From the NCBI GenBank assembly GCA_017631325.1, contig JAGBTM010000006.1, positions 23,159 through 87,158 of the forward strand: a DNA stretch of 64,000 nucleotides, read 5' to 3'. This stretch comes from Clostridia bacterium. Lineage in GTDB: Bacteria; Bacillota; Clostridia; Oscillospirales; CAG-272. Positions 18,871 through 28,194 of the stretch are shown here, in pieces. The position numbers and the translations under genes were made by a program. The notes under the pieces are model-generated. The model was not told the origin of the DNA. It saw only the letters and a list, made by a program, of their open reading frames with translations, and did no database searches. Every line of letters begins with the position of its first letter. Position 1 is the first letter of the stretch.

Positions 18871-20376
18871 TTAAGCCTCGGGCTTCATAGTGGGGAAGAG
18901 AAGAACGTCTCTGATGGACGCCGAGTCGGTGAGAAGCATTACGAGTCTGTCTACACCGAAGCCGAGGCCGCCTGTGGGGGGCATACCGTACTCAAGCGCG
19001 GTAACGTAGTCGTAATCAACTTCTGCGGTGGTGTTCGGGTCCTCTGCCTTCTTCTTGGCAACCTGATTTTCAAATCTCGCTCTCTGGTCAACGGGGTCGT
19101 TAAGCTCGGAGAATGCGTTGCCGTACTCGGTGCAGTTGATAAAGTACTCAAATCTCTCGGTAAAGGCAGGCTCTGTGGGCTTTCTCTTTGCAAGAGGCGA
19201 GTTCTCTACGGGATAGTCGTAAATGAAGGTGGGCTGAATGAGCTTGTCCTCGACGTAAGCGTCGAAGAACTCGATAAGAACAGTACCGCGAGTTGCGTCC
19301 TCGGGAACCTCAACGTTTCTCGCCTTGGCAACGGCACGAGCTTCCTCGTCCGACTTCCACTCGTAGTAGTCGACGCCTGCGTACTTCTTGACAGCCTCAA
19401 CCATGGTAAGTCTTTCCCAATTACCAAGGTCGATTTCGGTGCCCTGATAAGTAATCTTAGTAGAACCGCAAATCTCAACGGCAAGAAGCTTGTAGAGCTC
19501 TTCTACAAGGTCCATCATTCCGTAATAGTCGGTGAATGCCTGGTAAAGCTCGATAGAGGTGAACTCGGGGTTGTGCTTCTGGTCCATTCCCTCGTTTCTG
19601 AAAATTCTGCCTACCTCGTACACCTTGTGCATACCGCCGACGATAAGACGCTTTAAGTAAAGCTCGGTTTCGATACGGAGATACATAGGTATATCGAGAG
19701 TGTTGTGGTGAGTTACAAAGGGGCGCGCAGAGGCACCGATTTCGATAGGAAGAAGAATGGGGGTATCAACCTCAAGGAAGCCCTTGGAGTCAAGATAGCT
19801 TCTGATTATAGAGAGAATTTTCGACCTCTTGACAAAGGTGTCCTTAACCTCGGGATTAACTATAAGGTCAACGTATCTCTGTCTGTATCTCTGCTCGAGA
19901 TTTGTGAGACCGTGGAACTTCTCGGGAAGGGGAAGAAGCGACTTTGCAAGCAGGGTAATAGAGGTAGCGTGAAGAGAAACCTCACCCGTGCGTGTTCTGA
20001 AGAGGTGTCCCTCTACGCCTACGACGTCACCGACGTCCCACTTCTTGAATGCGGCGTAAGCCTCCTCGCCAACTCCGTCGCGAGCGACGTAAAGCTGGAT
20101 TTTGCCTTTTCCGTCAAGAATGTGAGCAAACGAAGCCTTGCCCATTATACGACGGCTTACAAGTCGGCCACCAAGAGAAACAACGATTTCTTCGCCCTCT
20201 GCAAGAGCGCTTTCCTTTTCTTCAAAAAGCTTTATTGCATCGGTGCTCTCGTGAGATACATCGTATTTTGTGATTTCAAAGGGGTTGTTACCCGTGTCAT
20301 AGAGGTTCTGGAGCTTTTCGCGGCGAACCGCCAGCTCGCTTGTGGAGTTTACGTTCTGATTTGCGTTTTCTGCCAT
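18871..20376 (-). CDS. lysS: Lysine--tRNA ligase (class II)
   Basis: 501 aa with FLEVDTPIL, FRNEGMDQKHNPEFT and GMPPTGGLGFGVDRLVMLL motifs. Confidence 0.95.
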   Translation of the reverse strand: MAENANQNVNSTSELAVRREKLQNLYDTGNNPFEITKYDVSHESTDAIKLFEEKESALAEGEEIVVSLGGRLVSRRIMGKASFAHILDGKGKIQLYVARDGVGEEAYAAFKKWDVGDVVGVEGHLFRTRTGEVSLHATSITLLAKSLLPLPEKFHGLTNLEQRYRQRYVDLIVNPEVKDTFVKRSKILSIIRSYLDSKGFLEVDTPILLPIEIGASARPFVTHHNTLDIPMYLRIETELYLKRLIVGGMHKVYEVGRIFRNEGMDQKHNPEFTSIELYQAFTDYYGMMDLVEELYKLLAVEICGSTKITYQGTEIDLGNWERLTMVEAVKKYAGVDYYEWKSDEEARAVAKARNVEVPEDATRGTVLIEFFDAYVEDKLIQPTFIYDYPVENSPLAKRKPTEPAFTERFEYFINCTEYGNAFSELNDPVDQRARFENQVAKKKAEDPNTTAEVDYDYVTALEYGMPPTGGLGFGVDRLVMLLTDSASIRDVLLFPTMKPEA

Positions 20377-20395
20377 TTTAGTTTTCCTCCGTTTA

Positions 20396-20875
20396 TTAGT
20401 CCTTGGCTCTGGTAACCTTAACTACCTTAAGACTAAGCGCGCCCTTAGCGACGTTCGCGATAACGGTGTCGCCCTCTCTTGCACCGATGAGCGCAAGTCC
20501 GATGGGAGATGCGTCCGAAATTTTGCCGTTCTTGGGGTCGGTTTCGTACGAGCCAACTATATGATAGGTTTTTTCACCAAGCTTGTCGCATTTTACTACA
20601 ACTATCGAGCCTACGCTGATTTTGGATTCGTCAATCTGGGACTCGTCTACAACCTTAGCGTTGGCAATCATTTCGCGAAGCTCGTCGATGCGCGAGTGAA
20701 TTTTTGCCTGCTCCTGCTTTGCCTCGTCGTACTCGGAGTTCTCCGAAAGGTCGCCAAATGCGCGAGCGGTGGAAATTTCCTTTTTGTTTTCCTCGACTCT
20801 TACGTTTACAAGATAGTCGAGCTCTTTCTGCAGTGCGTCGAAGCCTGCTTGAGTGTAGGTTTTTACTTCTGCCAT
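20396..20875 (-). CDS. greA: Transcription elongation factor GreA
   Basis: 159 aa with GDLSENSEYDEAK, a C-terminal SPIGLALIG motif, and the conserved greA-lysS arrangement. Confidence 0.95.
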   Translation of the reverse strand: MAEVKTYTQAGFDALQKELDYLVNVRVEENKKEISTARAFGDLSENSEYDEAKQEQAKIHSRIDELREMIANAKVVDESQIDESKISVGSIVVVKCDKLGEKTYHIVGSYETDPKNGKISDASPIGLALIGAREGDTVIANVAKGALSLKVVKVTRAKD

Positions 20876-20923
20876 TTCTGTGCATCTCCTGAAAATATGT
20901 TTAAAATGTGTTTTTTGTAAATC

Positions 20924-23863
20924 TTAGTTAGAATTTATCAGCATTTCAAGCTCGTATATAGCTATATCAAGCTGAGTGTCACCATCGTCACTTTTTTCAA
21001 TTTGAATGTCGGGAGTGATGCCGATGCCGTGATAGTTTATGCCTGAGGGGGTGTTGTAATACGCGGTCGTCAGGGTTATAGTCGAGCCGTCGGAGTAGGT
21101 AAATGAGTTTTGTATAACGCCCTTGCCGTAGGTCTTTTCACCGATTATCAGTGCGCAAAGCTCACCCTTGTCCCTGTAATCGCGTATAACCGATACGAAA
21201 ATTTCACCCGCGGAGGCGGTATAGCTGTCGGCAAGCACTATCATAGGCACGTCAACAACGGAGTCGTAGGGCTCGCCCACGCCACGCGAGTCGTCGCCGG
21301 AGGCTACGGAACGAATTAATCCATTTTTATACTGATAGGTAAGTAGGAGCTTATCCGACGGAAGAATATACGAGAGAGCGTTTGTTACGCTGCTTATATA
21401 TCCGCCTGTGTTGTGTCTTAGGTCAAAGATAATGCCCTTTGGGTTATACTTCATTATCTCGTTTATAAGCTCACAGAACTGCTCGTCGGTGTTGGCGTTG
21501 AAGGTGGAGATTTTGACGTATACTATGCCATTCTCTAGCATTTTATAGCTGACGCTTTCTTCAACGACAGGGGCGCGGATTGCACTAACGGTAATCAGCT
21601 CACCATCTCTTAAAACGGTTATCTCAACAGTGGTTCCTGTCTCGCCGCGTATTTTTTTCGTAACGTTGATGTAGCCTATCTCCTCAACCGTTTCTCCGTT
21701 TATTGCATAGATATAATCACCGACAAGAAGCCCCGCAATATCTGCGGCAGAGCCGTCAAGCACGGTTAAAATCATAACGGTCTCATTAAGGTGGTCGTAT
21801 TCAATAAGGGCTCCGATGCCGGAATAATTTCCGCTCATATCGGATTCGTGGTTGCTTGAGTCCTCGGCTAGTCGGTAGACCGAGTATTTGTCAGCCGACA
21901 TATAGACGTAGGCGTCTATGAGTGCGTTGGTCATAGCCTCGGTGTCGTCTGTGTCGGTGTAGGGAAGATATTCGGAAAGAAAACGTCTGGCGACCGCCAC
22001 GGAAAGCGGCAGAACGTCGCCTGCTTTATAGTCGAAGGACAAATCGGTGCCGTGATTAAGGTTGTAGTGGCTCTTAAACGTATCTTCTGCCCACCTGAGC
22101 TTTGCCTGATTGAAGGAGGGAAAGCCCCATGATATAAGGAATGCCGACACGGACTGACAGGTGTCTTTGCCGACCGAGAGGCTCTCAGATATGGCTGCGT
22201 TGATTAAATCAAGCTTGCCCTCGTGCGAGCCTACGTCAACCACCGTGTCAACGCTGTTGCAGTGGACACACCTCGCGCTTTTCGTTCCGTCCTTTGTAAA
22301 GGTTACGTCACCGTTTGAGGTGTACTCTCCGTACTCGTGGCTGAGCATCGTTGCGGGCTCGATTTTGGTATCGGTGACAGAGCAATAAATACATTTTGCA
22401 CTTTGGGTGCTATCGGAGGTGCAACTTGCGTTATTATTGGAAACGTAATCTCCGAAAACGTGCTCTCTTTGGGTGACGCTGCACGCGGTAAGCTTCTTAA
22501 TTTCCGAAAGCGCGGTGATAAGCTGAGTGCTAGGATTTTGGTCTATAACGTCGGGAACTATTCCAACACCGTGGTAGCTCACGCTTGAGGGGGGAATACA
22601 ATAGGTAACGGTCAGAGTGATAGATGAGCCGTCGGAGTAGGATATCGAGTTTTGCACTACTCCCTTGCCGTAGGTTTTTGTGCCGACGGACACGCCACTA
22701 AGCTCACCGCTTGCGATGTAATCGCGTATAGCCGCGGCGAAAATCTCAGCCGCTGAGGCCGTGTGCGCGTTAGTAATTACCGATATCGGTAAATCAACGA
22801 CAGAGTCAAAAGTCTCACCGTTTGGATGTGGGTCGTCTGAAGATAATATGCTGCGTGTTACACCACCCTTATATTGATAGCTAAAGAGTGTTTTGCCGCT
22901 CGGCAACAGATATGATAGCATATTCAATGCCGTGCCAACGTAACCGCCAAAATTATTTCTCAGGTCAAGAACAAGTCCAACAGCGCCCTCGTCTGCTAAC
23001 GCCTCGATGGCAGCGGCAAATTGCTCGTCGGTATTGTCCTTGAAAGAGGAAATGGAGATATATCCTATGCCGTCCTCGAGTAGCTCGTATTTGACGCTTT
23101 TCTCGATTATCTGCACACGGGTGACCACTAAATCTATCTGCTCGCCCTCTCGAAGCACGGTGAGAGTGAGGCTTGTTCCAACCTCGCCCTGTATTTTTGA
23201 TATCAGATTTAAAAAGCCTATATCGGATAAAAGCTCGCCGTCTATCGCGTGAACCAGGTCACCGACCTTAACGCCGGCAAGCTCTGCCGGTGAACTCGGA
23301 TTTACCTTAATGACAGTGAGGGTGTCCTCGTCGTATCTGTACTCAAAGACAGCTCCGATATCCGAGTAGGTGCCGCTCATATCCGTCTCGAATTCGTCGC
23401 GAGCCGCGGGAGTTCTGTATACTGCGTACGGGTCGGCTGAAACCTTTATATAGGAGCCTATGAGCGCCTCGGTAACGGCTTCCTTGCTTGAAAGCTCGGT
23501 CGTGTCGTAGTAGTCCTCGACAAAGCATCTTGCTACGGCTACCGCCAGAGGAAGCACGTCGCCTCTCGCATAATCGAAGGATAGGCCTGTGCCATGGTCG
23601 TAATTGTAGTAGGTAAAAAATACTCTTTCCGCCCATTTTACCTTGGCCACGTCGAAGCTTGGGATTCCGAAATAGCGAAGATAATCACTGACGTAGGAGT
23701 AGTTGCGCCTCGGTGTGCTTTCTTCACTCTCGACAGAGGTGAGTATTTGCTCCTTGGTGCCAATTTCGGGAACGAATACGCACGAGGCAAGGAGCGAGAT
23801 AATAAGTGATAAAAGCAAAACCGAAAGTGCCGTTTTCGTAATCTTTTTAGGGGAAAAAAGCAT
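20924..23863 (-). CDS. Lipoprotein with two tandem copies of an (N-domain)-PDZ-S41 C-terminal-processing-peptidase unit joined by a Cys-rich linker
   Basis: Lipobox SLLASC. Both halves carry a PDZ-like segment (GVKVGDLVHAIDG and GLLVGDYIYAING). Both also carry the S41 Ser motif (TASAAEIF and TASAGEIF) and Lys motif (TYGKGVVQN and TYGKGVIQN). Confidence 0.85.
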   Translation of the reverse strand: MLFSPKKITKTALSVLLLSLIISLLASCVFVPEIGTKEQILTSVESEESTPRRNYSYVSDYLRYFGIPSFDVAKVKWAERVFFTYYNYDHGTGLSFDYARGDVLPLAVAVARCFVEDYYDTTELSSKEAVTEALIGSYIKVSADPYAVYRTPAARDEFETDMSGTYSDIGAVFEYRYDEDTLTVIKVNPSSPAELAGVKVGDLVHAIDGELLSDIGFLNLISKIQGEVGTSLTLTVLREGEQIDLVVTRVQIIEKSVKYELLEDGIGYISISSFKDNTDEQFAAAIEALADEGAVGLVLDLRNNFGGYVGTALNMLSYLLPSGKTLFSYQYKGGVTRSILSSDDPHPNGETFDSVVDLPISVITNAHTASAAEIFAAAIRDYIASGELSGVSVGTKTYGKGVVQNSISYSDGSSITLTVTYCIPPSSVSYHGVGIVPDVIDQNPSTQLITALSEIKKLTACSVTQREHVFGDYVSNNNASCTSDSTQSAKCIYCSVTDTKIEPATMLSHEYGEYTSNGDVTFTKDGTKSARCVHCNSVDTVVDVGSHEGKLDLINAAISESLSVGKDTCQSVSAFLISWGFPSFNQAKLRWAEDTFKSHYNLNHGTDLSFDYKAGDVLPLSVAVARRFLSEYLPYTDTDDTEAMTNALIDAYVYMSADKYSVYRLAEDSSNHESDMSGNYSGIGALIEYDHLNETVMILTVLDGSAADIAGLLVGDYIYAINGETVEEIGYINVTKKIRGETGTTVEITVLRDGELITVSAIRAPVVEESVSYKMLENGIVYVKISTFNANTDEQFCELINEIMKYNPKGIIFDLRHNTGGYISSVTNALSYILPSDKLLLTYQYKNGLIRSVASGDDSRGVGEPYDSVVDVPMIVLADSYTASAGEIFVSVIRDYRDKGELCALIIGEKTYGKGVIQNSFTYSDGSTITLTTAYYNTPSGINYHGIGITPDIQIEKSDDGDTQLDIAIYELEMLINSN

Positions 23864-24026
23864 AATTATAACCTTTTAATAATATTGGCAGTAGCCTCGC
23901 GGTATGCCAAATCTCCTTATTTTATATAATGTGAGGTTGAAGCACGGTGCGTCAACCCCACAAATCTATAAAGTTATAAATACTTAGCTAAATCGAATTG
24001 TAAAAAGGTATGTAAAACCGGCGCTC

Positions 24027-25118
24027 TTAGAATTTGGTGGGCTTGTTCGCAAGATATTTCTTAACCATAAGCGCAACCTTGAAGGTTACTGCGTGGTCAA
24101 ACTCGCGAAGGTCAAGGCCCGAGAGCTTTCTGATTTTTTCAAGTCTGTAAACGAGGGTGTTTCTATGTACGAAAAGCTTTCTTGAGGTCTCTGAAACGTT
24201 GAGGTTGTTCTCAAAGAAGCTCTGCACCGTCATAAGAGTTTCTCGGTCGAGAGACTCGAGCGAGCCCTTTTTGAATACTTCTTGAAGGAAAATCTCGCAA
24301 AGGGTGGTGGGAAGCTGGTAAATAAGTCTGCCTATACCAAGGTTCTCGTAGGACATAATAGGCTTCTCGATATCGAACACCTTTCCTACCTCGAGAGCAA
24401 TTCTCGCTTCCTTGTAGGCCTTTGCCAAATCCTTGAGGTTGTCAACTGCGGTGGAAATACCGATAAGCGCTTTTGCGCCTCTGGACTCGAGGATTTTATC
24501 CTGGAGCTTCTTTGCGTACTTTTCGGTCTTTTCTATCTCGTCGTCGGGAGAAATTTCCTTAACTATTACAGCGTCGTGCTCTGCGATATTGATAACGAAA
24601 TTACCCTCGCCGCCGTCTGACGCTACTGCCTCGCTGAGTATCTCGTAAGCCGAGCCGTCGGTAATCTGGGGGAAGCGGAATACGATAACCACACGGTTGC
24701 AGTCGGTAGAGAAGTGAAGCTCACTTGATTTTATGTAAATATCACTAGGTAATATGTTATCGAGAATAACGCTCTTCATAAACGAGGTCTTGTCGTACTT
24801 CTCGTCGTAAAGCTCCTTCATATTACCTATGAATATTGAGAGAAGCTCGGTCATGGTAGATGCATGAGAGTCGTCGCCCTCAACAAAAGCAATACAGTCG
24901 TTTTTGTTATTTGCAGATATGAAGCGGTAGGTATATCCGTCGTAAACCACCGAGTCGGGAGCGAATGAAAGCTCCTCCTTGACTCTCTGCTTTGATTCAC
25001 CTATCTTGGAAAACTCGCTGCAAGCAACGACTATGCCGTTTTCGTCGATAATGCCTATTGTACGGCCGACGGTATCCTTAATCTGGTGAATTATAGATTG
25101 AAATAAACGATTAGACAT
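24027..25118 (-). CDS. PucR/CdaR-family transcriptional regulator
   Basis: The C-terminal HTH, VSETSRKLFVHRNTLVYRLEKIRKLSGLDL, is typical of PucR_C. Start set at ATG 25118 (MSNRLFQSII). Confidence 0.75.
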   Translation of the reverse strand: MSNRLFQSIIHQIKDTVGRTIGIIDENGIVVACSEFSKIGESKQRVKEELSFAPDSVVYDGYTYRFISANNKNDCIAFVEGDDSHASTMTELLSIFIGNMKELYDEKYDKTSFMKSVILDNILPSDIYIKSSELHFSTDCNRVVIVFRFPQITDGSAYEILSEAVASDGGEGNFVINIAEHDAVIVKEISPDDEIEKTEKYAKKLQDKILESRGAKALIGISTAVDNLKDLAKAYKEARIALEVGKVFDIEKPIMSYENLGIGRLIYQLPTTLCEIFLQEVFKKGSLESLDRETLMTVQSFFENNLNVSETSRKLFVHRNTLVYRLEKIRKLSGLDLREFDHAVTFKVALMVKKYLANKPTKF

Positions 25119-25216
25119 ATTTTGCCCTTTCTTAGCAAGGTTGCTGAAAAAATAAAAGCCTCTGCAAAAGCCGAGAAGTACAGCCTTCGCAAAGAGTATT
25201 GGTAATGCTGTACTAT

Positions 25217-25245
25217 ATTCTACCTTATTTTTAGACAAATTTCAA
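25217..25245 (-). promoter_or_regulatory. Putative SigA promoter for the PucR-family gene (TTGAAA-17-TAGAAT on the minus strand)
   Basis: Plus-strand tttcaa at 25240-25245 and attcta at 25217-25222, with a 17-nt spacer. Confidence 0.45.
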
Positions 25246-25352
25246 TAGATTTTAAGAAAAAAATAAAAAAATTCACAAAAAAGAATAAATTACTTTGTTG
25301 AAAATAACGAATAGTACCAAAAAAACGCCACGAAATAGGCAAAACATGGGCC

Positions 25353-26096
25353 TCAGCGCATTTCGTATTCGTATGAAATAGCCGACAAAACGTAGCTTGG
25401 AGCCGTTTCACAGCGCAAAATTCTCTCACCAAGAGATACCGAGCGGCAGCCACGTTCTATGGCAAGCTCAGCCTCCTCGTGTGAAAATCCACCCTCGGCA
25501 CCAACCATAACCGATATGGATTTCGGTGTTGCTACACCCGAGAGAAGCGAGCGCAGGCTCTTTTCTTTTTCGCACTCGTAGCATATAAGGGCAAGCTCGG
25601 ATTTTGTTGCCTCGTCTACAGCCTCTTTAAAGCTCATAGGTGCGCTTACCACGGGCAGTATGGCTCTGCCGCACTGCTTCGCAGCCTCCTCGGCAATTCT
25701 CGAAAGACGTGCGCACACCTTATCTATTTTATCCGCCTTGGGCCTTTTGATACACCTGGAGGACTCGAAGGGTATTATTTTCGACGCTCCAAGCTCAACG
25801 GCCTTTTGTATAACGGTTTCGAGCTTGTCACCCTTGGGATAGGCCATAAGGAGCGTTATAAATACGGGTGGCTCCTTTGCGCTTTGGCGCTCCGAAATAA
25901 TACGGCAAAGGCACTGCTCGTCACGTATTTTTTCGAGCGCACACGCATATTCGAGCGACGCTCCATCGGCTACCGTAACCTCATCGCCTACGGCCATACG
26001 AAGCGAGCGTGCAATATGACGGGCATCGTCGCCTGTGATAGTTATATAGCCGTTTTCACGGTCAATTAAATCTCTCGTTACGAAAAATCTTGGCAT
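25353..26096 (-). CDS. rsmE: 16S rRNA (uracil1498-N3)-methyltransferase
   Basis: Reads MPRFFV...ITGDDARHIARSLRMAVGD at the N-terminus and GAEGGFSHEEAE in the C-terminal part; 247 aa. Confidence 0.9.
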   Translation of the reverse strand: MPRFFVTRDLIDRENGYITITGDDARHIARSLRMAVGDEVTVADGASLEYACALEKIRDEQCLCRIISERQSAKEPPVFITLLMAYPKGDKLETVIQKAVELGASKIIPFESSRCIKRPKADKIDKVCARLSRIAEEAAKQCGRAILPVVSAPMSFKEAVDEATKSELALICYECEKEKSLRSLLSGVATPKSISVMVGAEGGFSHEEAELAIERGCRSVSLGERILRCETAPSYVLSAISYEYEMR

Positions 26097-26281
26097 ATTA
26101 ACTCCATTTTGGTTGGAATATTAATTCCGATTTCGGAATATTAATTCTGCTAATTCTGTTTAGATAGGAAATTCTCTGCTTTAGTTGTCAGGTGCTTTTA
26201 CGTTAAACGAATTTAAGCTTTGAAATCAACTCGGTAAAAAACATACATAAACGCTAGAATGAGCGGAAATTTATTGTAGTT

Positions 26282-27199
26282 TTACTTAATTCTGACCAGC
26301 ATACCTACCCAGTCGTTTTCGGTGATTTCCTCTTCAACCTCGAAGCCCTCGGACAATACGGCACTTCTTACCTCGTCGGCACGCTCACCGATAATTCCCG
26401 AGAGAATAAGGGGCGAGCCTACCTTTACATATTTTCTCACGTCGGGGAGCATACGGATAATTATATCCGCAACTATATTTGCTACGCAGAAATCGTATTT
26501 TCCATTTGCGAGGTCTACACCGCGAAGCAGGTCGGACACTCCGACCGTTATGTTGGTACAGCCGTCGGCCAGAGCGTTTTCTCTTGCAACTCTGACTGCC
26601 GTCGGGTCAATGTCGTAGGCGTTACACCATTTTGCACCGAGCTTTGATGCGCAAATCGAGAGAATGCCTGAGCCTGTGCCGACGTCAAGAACACGCTCGC
26701 CACCCTTGATAAGATTTTGCATAAGCCTGATAACAAGCCTCGTGGTTTCGTGGGTGCCTGTGCCAAAGGCCATTCCGGGGTCCATTCGGATTATTACCTC
26801 ATCGCCCTGCTGCTCGTACTCCTCCCACGCAGGCACTATGGTTACTCTGCCGAGAGGGACGGGCTTGTAGTATTTTTTCCAGGACTCTGCCCAGTCGTCC
26901 TCGCACACACCGTCGATTTCGATTTTGGCGTCTATGGAAAGGGCAGGAAGTCTTGCCGAGAGAAACTCGGCGTATTCGGTGAAGCTTCTCTCCTCGGGGA
27001 CGAAAAGAGATACCTTTACCGTTTCCTTGTCCGCATTGAGTATGGTGTCGTCCACCAGCTCACCGTACATTCCGTTAAGCGAGAAGTCGCTGAAGTCCTC
27101 TATCATAAGGCCGTTGTCGAGCATACTCATAACGGCTACTATTTCGTCAAGGTCGCGTGTCTTTCCTATTACTGTAATTTTTGTCCAATTTGCTCCCAT
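26282..27199 (-). CDS. prmA: Ribosomal protein L11 methyltransferase
   Basis: DPGMAFGTGTHETTRL and LDVGTGSGILSI motifs, with the conserved prmA-rsmE order. Confidence 0.9.
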   Translation of the reverse strand: MGANWTKITVIGKTRDLDEIVAVMSMLDNGLMIEDFSDFSLNGMYGELVDDTILNADKETVKVSLFVPEERSFTEYAEFLSARLPALSIDAKIEIDGVCEDDWAESWKKYYKPVPLGRVTIVPAWEEYEQQGDEVIIRMDPGMAFGTGTHETTRLVIRLMQNLIKGGERVLDVGTGSGILSICASKLGAKWCNAYDIDPTAVRVARENALADGCTNITVGVSDLLRGVDLANGKYDFCVANIVADIIIRMLPDVRKYVKVGSPLILSGIIGERADEVRSAVLSEGFEVEEEITENDWVGMLVRIK

Positions 27200-28110
27200 A
27201 CATAATCTCCAATTTCGTGTAAAACGGTATTTTTGTCAATATTTATTTGCATAATCAACTCTTTTTCAGTAGAAAACTTCTTTTCTTCTCTTATAAAATC
27301 GAGCAGATATACGGTTACGTTCTTGCCGTAAAGGTCACCCTCGAAGTTCAGAATATAGGTTTCAAGATGCTCCTTGCGCTCTGTGAAGGTCGGGCAGATA
27401 CCGACGTTCGTGAGAGCCTTATATATCTTATCTCCAATTCTTACGGCGCTGGCGTACACTCCGTATTTCAGAAGTGACGGAGACGGGCAAGCAGTATTTA
27501 TCGTCGGGTATCCGAGCGAGTGGCCAACACCGTTTCCTGAGGTTACCGTGCCGCCTATTCTTAGCGGCTCGCCCAAAAATTTATTAGCAGCGAACACGTT
27601 GCCGTGAGAGAGGAACTCTCTTATTAGAGAGGTTGATACGTACCAACCGAAATACTCAAGCTTTTCACAAACGATACATTCAACCCCACACTCGCTAAGC
27701 ATGATTTCGAGGTCGTTTGCGTTTCCCGATGCGCCAAGTCCAAAACGGTAGTTATATCCGCATACGGCACATTTTACGTTAAAATCGTCTGCAAGAACCG
27801 TCTGCGCAAAACTTAGGTCGGACATTAACCGTACGCTGTTAAAATCGGCAAAGATTATGAAATCAACCCCAAGCTCGCTTAAAATCTCGGCCTTTTGCCT
27901 GTCACTGTAAATTCTGGGTGTACCGGCCTTGATTTTGCTGTCCGAAGCAAAGGTGAAAACGCCGAGAGGCAGAGAAAGCTCGTCTGCACGCCGTCTTGCG
28001 CGGGACAAAAGCTCCCTGTGACCGACGTGGATGCCGTCGAAAAAGCCAAGTGCCATAACGCAGGGCGGGATATTCAGTTTTTCTCTGTACTTGTAGTAGT
28101 ACTCGGTCAT
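27169..28110 (-). CDS. ribF: Bifunctional riboflavin kinase / FMN adenylyltransferase
   Basis: GFFDGIHVGHRELL (nucleotidyltransferase) and a C-terminal riboflavin-kinase part (GYPTIN...ETYILNFEGDLYG). The 3' end overlaps the prmA start by 31 nt. Confidence 0.9.
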   Translation of the reverse strand: MTEYYYKYREKLNIPPCVMALGFFDGIHVGHRELLSRARRRADELSLPLGVFTFASDSKIKAGTPRIYSDRQKAEILSELGVDFIIFADFNSVRLMSDLSFAQTVLADDFNVKCAVCGYNYRFGLGASGNANDLEIMLSECGVECIVCEKLEYFGWYVSTSLIREFLSHGNVFAANKFLGEPLRIGGTVTSGNGVGHSLGYPTINTACPSPSLLKYGVYASAVRIGDKIYKALTNVGICPTFTERKEHLETYILNFEGDLYGKNVTVYLLDFIREEKKFSTEKELIMQINIDKNTVLHEIGDYVWEQIGQKLQ

Positions 28111-28194
28111 AAAACACCTCGCATAAGTTGAAATCTAGAATGAGAAATGATAAAAGGTGGATTTGGAAATTTGGGCTAAAATGTAAATGTTGAT

